Assembly: GCF_009914755.1 (NCBI RefSeq)
Contig: NC_060935.1
DNA: 64,000 nt
DNA from: the human T2T-CHM13v2.0 reference genome, Homo sapiens
Direction: 5' to 3' (one strand)
The notes beneath the pieces were generated by a model. That model was not told where the DNA came from. It searched no databases and worked only from the letters and a program-made list of their open reading frames with translations. This document shows, one piece after another, positions 51,746 to 64,000 of this stretch (position 1 is its first letter; every line of letters begins with the position of its first letter). Position numbers and translations under genes: made by a program.

Positions 51746-54700
51746 TTTTTTTTTAATTTTAAGTTCAGGGGTTCATGTTGAGGTTTGTTAATAGGTAAAC
51801 TTGTGTCATGGGGGTTTCTTGTACAGTTTATTTCATCACCCAGGTATTAAGCCTAATATCTGTTAGTTACTTTTCCTGATCCTCTCCCTTCTCCCACCCT
51901 TTATTTTCTGATATATGAAATTGAATGTCTTTGTGTCATTCCCCTCTATGTGTCCGTGTTTTCTCATCATCTAGCTCCCACTTGTAAGTGAGAGCATGCA
52001 GTATTTGCTTTTCTATTCCTGTGTTAGTTTGCTAAGGATAATGGCCTCCAGCTCCATCCATGTTCCTGCAAAGGACATAACAACTGTTCATTTTTATGGA
52101 CGCATAGTATTTCATGTACTACATGAAGAAAACATACCACATTTCTGCAATGAACATATGCAGCCATGTGTCTTTATAATAAAATGATTTATATTTCTTT
52201 GGGTATATAGCCAGTAATGGGATTGCTGGGTTAAATGGTATTTCTGTCTTGAGGTCTTTGAGGAAATGCCACACTGTCTTCCAATATGGTTGAACTAATT
52301 TACTACTTTACTCTCCTAGCAATAGTGTATGTGTTCCTTTTTATCCACAACCTTGCCAGCATATGCTATGTTTTTGACTTTTTGATAATAACTATTCTCA
52401 CCAGTGTGAGATGGTATCTCTTTGTGGTTTTGACTTGCATTTCTCTAATAATCAGTCATGTTGAGCTTCTTTTCATGATTGCTGGCTGCATACATGTCTT
52501 CTTTTGAAAAGCGTCTGTTCATGTCCTTTGCCCACTTTTTAATGGGGCTGTTTGCTTTTTTTCTTGTAAATTTGTTTAAGCTCCTTACACATGCTTATTA
52601 TTAGACCTTTGTTGAATGAATACTTTGCAAAATTTTTCTCCCATTCTGTAGGTTGTCTGTTTACTCTGTTGATGGTTTCTTTTGCTGTGCAGTAGGTCTT
52701 TAGTTTAATTCATTCCCATTTGTCAATTTTTGCTTTTGTTGCAATTGCTTTTGGCATCTTTATAATGAAATCTTTGCCCATGCCTATGTCCTGAATGGTA
52801 CTGCCTAGGTTGTCTTCCAGGGTTTTTATAATTTTAGGTTTTACATTGAAGTATTTAATCCATCTTGAGTTAATTTTTCTATATGGTGTAAGGAACAAGG
52901 TCCATCTTCAATTTTCTGCATATAACTAGCCAGTTAGCACCATTATTTACTGAATAAGGAATCCTTTCTCCATTGCTTGATTTGATTATTTTATGTTCCG
53001 GATACATGTGCAGAACATGCAGGTTAGTTACATAGGTACACATGTACCATGGTGGTTTTTTGTACCTATTGACCTGTCCTCTAAGTTCCCACCCCTCACC
53101 CCCACCACACAACAGGCCCTGGTGTGTGTTGTTCCCGTCCCTGTGCCCACCTGTTCTCATTGTTCAGCTCCCACTTATGAGTGAGAACATGCAGTGTTTG
53201 GTTTTCTGTTCCTGTGTTAGTCTGCTGGGGATGATGGCTTCCAGCTTCATCCACATCCCTGTGAAACACATGATCTCATTCCTTTTTTATGGCTGCACAG
53301 TATTCCATGGTATATATATATATACTACATTTTCTTTATCCAGTCTTTGATGGGCATTTGGGTTGGTTCTATGACTTTGCTATTATAAATAGTGCTGCGA
53401 TAAACATGTGTGTGCATGTGTCTTTATAGTAGAATGATTTATATTCCTTTGGGTACGTACCCAGTAATGGGATTGCTAGGTCAAAATGTTATTTCTGGTT
53501 CTAGATCCTTGAGGAATCACCGTAATATCTTCCACAATGCTTGAACTAATTTACATTCCCACCAACAGTGTAAACGCATTCCTATTTCTCCACAGCCTCA
53601 CCAGCATCTATTGTTTCTTGACTTTTTAATAATTGCCATTCTGACTGGCATGAGATGGTATCTCATTGTGGGTTTGATTTGCATTTCTCTATCAGTGATG
53701 TTGGGCTTTTTTATATATGTTTGTTGGCCACATAAATGTTTTTGTCAGCTTTGTTGAAGATCAGTAGGTGTTCAGTCTTATTTCTAGGTTCTATTCTGTT
53801 CTATTGGTCTGTATGTCTGTTTTGTACCAGTACCATCCTCTTTCAGTTACTGTAGCCCTCTAGTATATTTTTAAGTCAAATAGTGAGTTGCCTCCAGCTC
53901 TGCTCTTTTCGCTTAGGATTTCCTTGGCTTTTTGGGCTCTTTTTTGGTTCCATATGAATTTTAAAATAGTTTTTTCTAGTTCTGTGAAGAATCTAAATGG
54001 TAGTTAATAAGAATAGCATTGAATCCATAAATTGCTTTGGGCAGTATGGCCATTTTAATGATATTAATTTTTCCTATCCATGAGCATAGAATATTTTTCA
54101 TTTGTGTCATCTCTGATTTTTTTGAGTAGTGGTTTGCAGTTCTCCTTCTACAGATCTTTCACCTCTCTAGTTAGCTGTATTCCTAGGTATTTTATTCTTT
54201 TGGTGGCAGTTGTGAATGGGAGTTCATTCATGATTCGGCTCTCAGCTTGATTGTGGTTGCAGAACAGGAATGCCAGTGATTTTTGCACATTCATGTTATA
54301 TCCTGAGACTTTGCTGAAGTTGTTTATCCACTCACAAAGCTTTTGGGCTGAGACTATGGGGTTTTCTAGATATAAGATCATGTCATCTGCAAATAGAAAT
54401 AATTTGACTTCTTCTCTTCCTGTCTGGATGCACTTTATTTCCTTCTCTTTCCTCATTGCCCTGGCAAGGACTTCTAGTACTATGTTGAACAAGAGTGATG
54501 AGAAAGGGCATCCTTTTATTGTGCCAGTTTTTACAGGGGAATGCTTTCAGCTTTTGCCCATTCAGTACGATGTTGGTTGTCGGTTTGTTCTACCTGGCTC
54601 TTATTATTTTGAGGTATGTTCCTTCAACATCTAGTTTATTGAGTTTTTAAAGAATTTTTAACATGAATGGATGTTGAATTTTATTGAAATCCTCTTCTGC

Positions 54701-55186
54701 ACCTATTTAGATAATCATGTGGTTTTTGTCTTTATTTCTGTTTATGCGATAAATCACATTTATTGATTTGTGTATGTTGAACCAACTTTGCATCCCAGAT
54801 ATAAAGCCTACTTTATCATGGTGGATAAGCTTTTTGATGTGCTACTGGATTCAGTTTGCTAGTATTTTGTTGAAAATATTTGCATCAATGTTCATCAAGA
54901 ATATTGGCCTGAAGTTTTCTTTTTTTAATGTTCTTTTTGCTAGGTTTGGGTATCAGAATGATACGGGCCTCACAGAATGAGTCAGGGAGGAGTCCTGTCT
55001 CAATTTTTTGGAGTAGTTTCAGTAGGAGTGATACCAGCTCTTCTTTGTACATCCTCTTTGTACATCTGTGAATCTGTATGGTCCTGGGTGTTTTTTTTTT
55101 GTTTTGTTTTGTTTTTTTTTTTTTTTTTTTTTGGTGGGTAGGCTATTTATTACTGTCTCAATTTCAGACCTCATTATTAGTCTGTT
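51746..55186 (-). mobile_element. L1PA (about PA13-PA16) 3' portion, host of a nested L1
   Basis: ORF2 fragments [44 protein letters not shown] (RT) and [13 protein letters not shown]; 15-bp TSD CCTTT(C/T)AGTATTTTT at 51736-51750 and 55306-55320. Confidence 0.93.
52980..53736 (-). mobile_element. Second, younger L1PA 3' end nested in the first
   Basis: A second L1 3' UTR (atacatgtgcagaacatgcagg...) splits the host at ccattgcttg | tttttgtcag. Confidence 0.9.
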
Positions 55187-55306
55187 ACAACCCTCAGGGA
55201 ATATTATGAATACCTCTATGCACATAAACTAGCAAATCTAGAAGAAATGGATAAATTCCTGGACACATACGCCCTTCCAAGATTGAACCAGAAAGAAATT
55301 GAATCC
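55187..55306 (+). mobile_element. Inverted 5' segment of the same L1 insertion
   Basis: Encodes [36 protein letters not shown], the ORF2 stretch just before the minus segment [20 protein letters not shown]. Confidence 0.9.
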
Positions 55307-55320
55307 CTTTTAGTATTTTT

Positions 55321-56710
55321 ACTGTCTCTTCCTGCAGTACCAGACTTTTATATGCCCGAGTTCCTTAAGACTCAGACTTTGTTTCTCTTGTTTTTCCATT
55401 TCATACCTTTTCCTAGGTTTTCTTGTTAATTCCATTACATCTTATTATCACTTCTGTGATGATAACTTCCAAGTCTTTTTCTAACCCACATCCATTCTCT
55501 GAGCTCCAGACCCATTTACCAAATTGTTTGCCTGTTACTGGAACTTCGAATTCATTATTGCCAAAACTAAACTGAATTTCTGCCTGAAACTTCCTCTTCC
55601 TCCTCTCTTTTTCCTATTTTAAGAAATGGCACTTCATTTATCCAGTTACATAAGTCAGAAATCTAGCAGTCACCTCTGACAATCTCTTTCCCTGTACTTC
55701 CAACAGTCAGTAAATTATCAAGTCCTACTAATTTTCTTAGATATTTGCAGAATGTGTAATGTTTTCACCAGATTCACAGTAATTATCCATATTCTTGAGT
55801 GGTTATTGCAGAAATCACCTAAATGTTTTCCTTAAATATATTCTTGACCCCTCTAATCCACTTTTGACCCAGATCTATGAAAGAGATCTTTTCTAGACAT
55901 AAATATGAATTATATCATTCTCTGTTCCTCACAAGTTTGCTAGCTTCTCAGTACTGTTTAAATACAGTCCCAGATATTTAACAGGATCCTCAAGGTCCTG
56001 CATGGTATAAACCCAGCCTGATTTAGAATCAGGTATCACTTCATATTCTATGATCCAGCCACATTGAACTTGTTTTGATTCCTCTAAAGTACTATGCCCT
56101 CTTCAACACAGGACCCTCCTACCTGCTTTTCCATAGGTCTGGAACAGTGGCTGTCAACCAGGAGTAATCTCACCCACCCTCTAGAAGACATTTGGCAATG
56201 TCTGGACACACTTTTGGTTATTATAACTGGGGAAGAGTGTTATTGGCATCTAATGGGTAGAGATCAGCAACAATGTTGATCCTCCTGCAATGCATAGGAG
56301 AGCATATCATGACAAAGAATTATCCAGCCCAAAACGTCACTAATGCTGAGATTAGAAAACTCTAATCTAGAAAGCTTTCCCTTCTACCTGTACCCCACAT
56401 GACCCTGCATCTAGCCAAAACATATTTAAATATCCTGTGTCAGCTTAAGTGGCCTATCTTCAGAGTAAAACCTCCCTGACTTTTGTCTATAGGTCAGGTC
56501 TACCTCCTATTTACGCTTATAATATTTTTCTTTACTTTTTTAGCCCTTACTAAAATTTAAAACTAGTTACTTATTCAGTTAATGTTTGGCTTCCATGCCA
56601 GATTTTAAGCTCTGTGAGGTTAGGAAATACATTTAATGCAATATCCTTATCATCTGGCTAGATACTCAACATACTTATTAAAAAGTAAATTAACGGATGA
56701 ATGAATGAAG
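55321..56710 (+). mobile_element. L2, 3' part (contains a MER20)
   Basis: cacttctgtgatgataacttccaa (YADD-like), ctgagctccagaccc, tail ggatgaatgaatgaa. Confidence 0.85.
56145..56363 (+). mobile_element. MER20
   Basis: cagtggctgtcaacc...gacatttggcaatgtctgga...caaagaattatccagcccaaaacgtca. Confidence 0.92.
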
Positions 56711-56929
56711 CTGTTACCTAGAAAGAAGAATGTTAGGCCTACGATACTGTATAAGTGATCCTAGCTTTGGCATTAACTAGATATATCTCTGAATAAGTCC
56801 TTTAACCCTTCATGTGGCCTCATTTTAAGTTATATAAACTTTTACTATAATGAGTTTTATGAGGATTAAATATTTTGATAATTCTAAAGTATTTTGTAGT
56901 CCTATTAGAAATTATAGGTTAGCATAAAA

Positions 56930-57330
56930 ATTGGTACAACTACATGGAAGGGATTAACATGAAACAAAAGCCTTAAACACATATTTTTACTTAAATATTT
57001 CACTTATAAAAATTTATGAAAAAATTACTAAGCAAAAATATAGCTATGTGGATTTTATCATTAGTTAAATAAATAAATGAACTATAGTGAATATTTTAAA
57101 TATAATGTATATTTGATAAGGAAGATATATATGTGCAATATAATACAATTCTATATACATATTTTATACACATGTATACACATGTACAATAAAAAAATCT
57201 AAATATCAAAATACTGGCAGTAGTTATCTTAAAATTACAGGATTATGCAAGTTTTAATTGTCTTTTTCTGTTTCAGGACTTTCCTAATTTTTCTACAATG
57301 AGCATGGCTTTTGAAATTTAAAAAAAGGTA
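56930..57330 (+). mobile_element. Old L1ME 3' fragment
   Basis: gtagttatctt...ttttctacaatgagcatg. Confidence 0.55.
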
Positions 57331-57457
57331 AGAAATGAGTGCGGAAAAGCACGTCTTACACTATGAAGGGACTGTAAGGAGTTGCTATGTTATAAAGAAT
57401 AAGATATAAACCTTACCTTTTAGAGGTTTTCAAATGAATTATAAAAATAAAATACCG

Positions 57458-57761
<304 letters not shown>

Positions 57762-57811
57762 CTATCTAGATAACTGTTAGATAAGAAAAAAAGTTAAGAA
57801 CAGTTTCCATC

Positions 57812-58030
57812 ATAATCATTTAATGAGCACTTACTACATCCCAGGCTTTCCATGCATTAATTTATGAAATCTGTAAAACAACCACATTAGTTAGGTTTTA
57901 TCATATTCATTTAATAGATGAAGAAACTGAGGCCACTGGGGTTAAACAAACTGCTAGGTCATACCAGACCAAAAAAAAAAAAAAATCAAATTCAAACTAA
58001 AGTCTCAGTGATATCAAAACTTCTGTTCTT
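57812..58030 (-). mobile_element. MIR
   Basis: gagcacttactac...agatgaagaaactgaggc. Confidence 0.85.
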
Positions 58031-60747
58031 TTCAGCAGGTACTTATAAAAGATATATAAGTCAACTGGGAGTCCAGAGAAGGGGTGGTTACTTGACAGTG
58101 AGAAGGCAAAGGAAGCGTATATACAGGAGTTAACAGTTTAGCTAACTCTGGAGGACGAGTAGGATTTTAATAACTGAAGATGGGGGAGAGGACATGAGGA
58201 AAGGCATTTCTTACCAAGGGACACTTGAACAAAAGTGAGAGGTAAATGGATAGTTCATGAAATTTTGGGGGAAGTTTGTAGGCAGACTGGTTAGAAATGA
58301 ATTAAATACAGGAATTTTGTTTAATCAGTAAAGGGAATTGAAATTTGATAGGACTTCAAAGATCAACAGAAAGTGGGGTTAGAATACTAGAAAATCTATA
58401 ATATTTTGACATACTAGAAATATGACTAGTCTTAAAAGTACAGCATATGATGGCACATTGCACTGTCTGTGTTTTCAAACACAGAGAAACTTAGAGGTAG
58501 GAGGGGACTTGGAGAGCATCTGAGAAAACTCTGGCCCAGAACAGAGAAATTGTTGTCAAAAGTCATAAAACTAGACTAGAATCCAAGTCAGCTCAGTCCT
58601 CATTCTGGGGTCAGTTCCTAGAAAAGGAACCTTGAAATACTGTGTGGCTTTTTAACAGTTCTGTGAGGTTTGTATTATAATAACTATTTCATACCAGCAG
58701 TCACTGGAGCTCAGAGAAATTAAGTAACTTCTACAAAGTTATGGAACCAAAGCTCATCTCACCCAGAACTAATGACCTTCTTATGAATGGAGATATTGCC
58801 TTATTCTGCTATTATGTCCCCATAGCATCTTCCACAGGGTTCTTAGATACCCAACAAAAATCAATAAAATATCAGCCATTATTCATTACTCTTGATAAGG
58901 ATCATATATATTGATTTTATGGATAGAGAATACTAGGTGACTAAAGAAGGAAAAATAATTGAGAAAATCATAAATTATGAATTTAATTACATATAAATTT
59001 TAAACATAGCTTACTTTTGTTAAGAGTTTTGCCTTGATTATAGATCACTAGCTGCCACTAAAAAAGTAAACTGTTTAGATTTTGAAAGTCTTATATTTCC
59101 CACTAAAGAAATTCAGCCAACAGATCCCTATGGGAAATGTTTCTTTCTTGTAAAGCATACAGATTTACTTAAATCCTTAAATAATTAGACTTCAGAACCA
59201 GAATGCAATTAGAATTAAAATTCATAAATGTGTTGTCTTTTTCCATTGGCAAAATGTATATGGAACAATCCACAGCTGGCCACATCTGCATATGCTACCT
59301 TCCCCAAAGCCAGCAACCATGCTTTCTAATTTTCGCCAGGGGTGTCTAACTGTGAGTACACAGGAAATGAGAGCAATAAGGTTATTAGGGGAAATGCTTC
59401 ATCTTATATAAGAACATTTGATTATGGGAAATTTATCTAAAATATAGATAAATTATAAACATAGATAAATATAACCCTTTGTGTGCACATGTTTGCATTT
59501 CTTGAAGTACTCCCAAAATAAAATTAAGCACATTCAAAATTATAGTTGGATGGAAACTTTGTAGACAAACGGCTAAAATTTCCTTTAAGTGTTCAAAAGG
59601 AGATATATTAGAAAGATAAATACATAAGATAAAACAATATGATTATCTCCAAATAATACAAATTTAATGATTACTTATTAAAAATACAAAATTACATGAG
59701 AAGTGACCTTATACAACTTTGACTAAGTGTCCTTATAGCTCCCCAAAGATATTATAACAAGTATACAACTCAATTTGAGAGCCTGACTATACAAAAAAAT
59801 GGCCAGATCATTTACAACAACAGATCTTAAAAATAAATATTTATTTTTAATTTTTATGGGTACTTACTAGGTATATCAATTTATGGTATATAAGATACCT
59901 TATAGAGACATACATTGCATAATAATTACATCAGAGTAAATAGGGTATCTATCACCTCAAGGATTTATCAATTCTTTGTGTTATAAACATTCCAATTTTA
60001 CTTTTAGTTATTTTGAAATGTATAATAAATTTCTGTTGACTGCAATAATTCCATTGTGTTATCAAATACTAGATCTTATTCATTTTATCTAACTATATTT
60101 TTGTACCCATTAACCATTCCCATTTCCACCATCACCCTTCCCACCATCACCCTTCCCACCACTATCCTTCCTAGCCACTGGTAACCATCCTTGTACTATG
60201 TCCATGAGTTCAATTGTTTTCATTTTTAGCTCCCACAAATGAGTAAGAACATGTGAAGTTTGTCTCTCTGTGCTTGGCTTATTCCACTGAACATAATGTT
60301 CTCCAGTTCTATCCATGGTATTGCAAATGACAGTATCTCATTCTTTTTTAGTGGATGAATAGTATTCCATTGTGTATATGTAAAACATTTTATTTATCCA
60401 TTTGTCTATTGATGGACATTTAAGTTGCTTCCAAATCTTGGCTATTGTGAATAGTGCTGCAGTAAACATGAGAATGCAGATATCTCATTGTTACACTGAT
60501 TTCCCTTCTTTTGGGTATATACCTATCAGTGTGTTTGCTGGGTCATATAGTAGTTCTGTTTTTAGCTTTCTGAGGATCCTGCAGACTTTTCTCCATAGTG
60601 GCTGTACTAACATGTATTTCTGCCAACAGTATACAAGGGTTCCCTTTTCTTCACATCCTTGCCAGCATTCATTATTGCCTAGTTTTTGGATAAAAGCCAT
60701 TTTTACTGGAGTGAGATGATATCACACATTTTAGTTGTGATTTGCAT

Positions 60748-61033
<286 letters not shown>

Positions 61034-63737
61034 ATGATTTACACTTCTTTGACGAGCAATGATGTTGAGCACCTTTTCAAATACCTATTTGCCATTTGTG
61101 TGTCTTCTTTTGAGAAATGTGTATTGAGATCTTTTGCCCATTTTTCAATTGAATTCTTACATTTCTTTCCTATTGAGTTATTTGAGCTATTGAGTATATA
61201 TTCTGTCTCTTAATCCCTTGTCAAATGGGTAGTTTGCAAACATTTTATCCCATTCTGTGGGTTTTCTCTTCAGTTTGTTGATTGTTTCTTTGCTGTGCAG
61301 AAGCTTTGTAACTTGATGTGATCCTATTTTACATTTTTACATTGGTTGCCTGTGCTTTTGAGATATTACTCAAAAAATTATTGCCCAGACCAATGACCTA
61401 GAGAGTTTCCTCAATGTTTTCTTTCAGTAGTTTCATATTTTCTGGAATTAGTTTGAAGTCTTTCATCCATTTTGAATTGCCTTTTGTATATAGTAAGAGA
61501 TAGCATCTAGTTTCATTCTTCTTTAGATGGATATTCAGTTTTCCCAGGACTATTTATTAAAGAGACTGTCCTTTCCCCAATGTATGTTCTTGGTGCCTTT
61601 GTCAAGAATGAGTTCACTGTAGGTATACAAATTTATTTCTGGGTTTTCTATTATGTTCCATTGGTCTGTGTGTCTGTTTCTATGCCAGTAATATGCTGTT
61701 TTGGTTACTATAGCTCTGTAGTATAATTTGAAGTCAGGCAATACGACTCCTCCAGTTTTGTTCTTTTTCTCAGAATTGCTTTAAATATTCTGTATCTTTT
61801 GTGTTTTCACATAAAATTTTTAAGATTGTTTTAGCTATTTCTGTGAGAATGTCATTGGTATTTTGATAGGGATTTCACTGAATGTGTAGATTGCTTTGAG
61901 AAGTATGGATTAATTAATAGATTAACAATATTGATTCTTCTAATCCATGAACATGGAATATCTTTAGATGTTTTTGTGTCCTCTTCAGTTTCTTTCTTCA
62001 GTGTTTTGTAGTTTTCATTGTAGAGTTAAATTTTATCAAATCTTTTTTCAGCATCAATTAAAAGGATCATATGGTTTTTATCCTTCATTCAATTGATTTG
62101 ATGTATCACACTGATTGATTTGCATATATTGAAGCATCCTTGTATCCCTGAGATAGATCCCCCTTGATCACAACGAGTGATCTTTTTAATGTGTTGTTGA
62201 ATTCAGTTTTCTAGTATTTTGTTGAGAATTTTTACATCAATATTAATTAGAAATATTAGCCTGTAGTTTTCTTTCTTTCTCTTTTTTTTTTTTTGATGTG
62301 TCTTTTTCTGGTTTTGACATAAGGATAATACTGGCCTCACAGAATGCATTTGAAAAGATTCCCTCCTCTTCTCTTTTTCAGAATAGTTTCAATAAGACTG
62401 GTATCAATTCTTTTTCAAATATCTGGTAAAAATTTAGCAGTGAAGACATCACGTCCTGGGCTTTTCCTTGCTGGGAGATTTTTTATTATGGCTACCATCT
62501 CATTACTTCTTATTGGTCTGTTCAGGTTTTAGGGTTTTAGATTTCTCCATGGTTCAATCTGGATAGGTTGTATCTGTCTAGGAATTTTTGCATTTCCTCC
62601 AGATTTTCCAATGTACTTGCATATAGATGCTCATAGTAGTCTCTAATTAGACTTTGAACTTCGGTGGTATCAGTTGTAATGTCTCCTTTTTCATTTCTGA
62701 TTTTATTTAATTGAATCTTTTTTTCTTAGTTGGTCTGGCTAGAGGTTTGTCACTTGTATCTTATGAAAACTAACTTCTTATTTTGTTTATCTATTGTATT
62801 TTTGTTTCAATTTCATCTATTTCTGGTCTGATCTTTATTTTATTTTACTAATTTGGGGTTTGGTTTGCTCTTGCTTTTCTTGTTCTTTAAGATGAATCAC
62901 TGGTTGTTTATTTGAAGTTTTTCTACTTGTTTAATGTAAGAGTTATTGCTATAAACATTCCTTTTAGTATTGCCTTCAGTGTGTTCCACAGATATTGGTA
63001 TATTCTGTCTCCATTTTTATTTTTTAAGAGATTTTAACATTTCCTTTATTGACACACTAGGCACATTCAAGAGCATATTATTTAATTTCCATGTGTTTGC
63101 ATATTTAATACTTCCCAAAGTTCCTCTTATTATTGATTTTTAGTTTTATCCCATTGTGGACAGGGAAGATATTTTAAATTATTACAATTTTTTAAAATTT
63201 TTTAAGGCTTGTTTCATGGCCCAACATATGGGCAATTCTTAAGAATGACCCCTGTGCTAAGGTGAAGAACATGTACTCTGCAGCCAATGGGGGAACTGTT
63301 CTGTAAACGTGTATTAGGTCCATTTGGTCTATGGTGCAGATTGAGTCTGATTTTTCCTTTATTTTCTGTCTGGATGATCTGTTTAATGCTGAAAGTGGGG
63401 TGTTGAGGTCTCCAGCTATTACTGTATTGAGATTTTTCCCTCTCTTTGGCTTTAATAATATTTGCTTTATATATCTGGGTGCTCCACTGTTAGGTGCATA
63501 TATATTAACAATTACTATATCCTCTTGCTGACTTGACCCCTTATCATTATATAATGACGTTCTTTGTCTCTTTATATAGTTTTTGTCTTCAAAACCATTT
63601 TGTCTGATACAAGTATAGTGACTCCTGCTCTTTTTTGGTTTCCATTTACATTAAATATCTTTCTCCATCTTTTTCTTTCAATCCATGTGTGTTTTATAGG
63701 GGAAACATGTTTCCTGTAGGCCACAGATTTTTGGGTC

Positions 63738-63744
63738 GTGTGTG

Positions 63745-63787
<43 letters not shown>
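63738..63787. repeat. (GT)n microsatellite with one GC interruption
   Basis: Seen directly. Confidence 0.95.
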
Positions 63788-63789
<2 letters not shown>

Positions 63790-63912
63790 CTATTCAGCTA
63801 CTCTGTCTTTTAATTGAAGAGTTTTGTCCACTTACATTCAACATTCGTAGTGATAAGTGAAGGCTTATTCCTGTCAATTTGTTATTTGTTTTTTGGTTGT
63901 TTTGTAGTCATC

Positions 63913-64000
63913 CTTTCCTTCCTGCCTTCCTGCCTGCCTTTCTGCCTTCCTAACTGCCTGCCTTCCTGCCTTCCTGCATTCCCACATCCCTTCCTCCCTT
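63913..64000. repeat. (CCTT/CCTG)n low-complexity tract
   Basis: Seen directly. Confidence 0.85.

Overview
Human (AluYa-bearing) genomic DNA, AT-rich and mostly intronic. The one confidently coding element is a 42-nt first coding exon on the minus strand (43704->43663), too short for the ORF track. It reads MFFACYCALRTNVK followed by a canonical AAG|GTAAGA donor, which I recognise as the palmitoylated alpha N-terminus of DLG2 (PSD-93/chapsyn-110; 11q14 by established knowledge). The window therefore covers the alpha promoter and first exon, about 43.6 kb of the following very long intron (to the left), and about 20 kb upstream (to the right) that is intronic to longer L27/beta isoforms. The rest is interspersed repeats: L1PA/L1MA/L1ME, L2, MIR, Alu (including a very young AluYa5-lineage copy), a solo MLT2 LTR, MER44, MER20, MER33, MER5A and MER58. 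Almost all ORF-track entries are spurious or repeat-derived. I found no prokaryote-type or wholly new gene system. The best leads concern DLG2 isoform control: a strong splice acceptor in front of the 'first' exon, a dense uORF cluster, a phase-0 CAG|GTAGGT site 1 kb downstream, a candidate intronic terminal exon, and a near-perfect ~70-bp fold-back hairpin. Boundaries and subfamilies of old repeats are approximate, called by eye.
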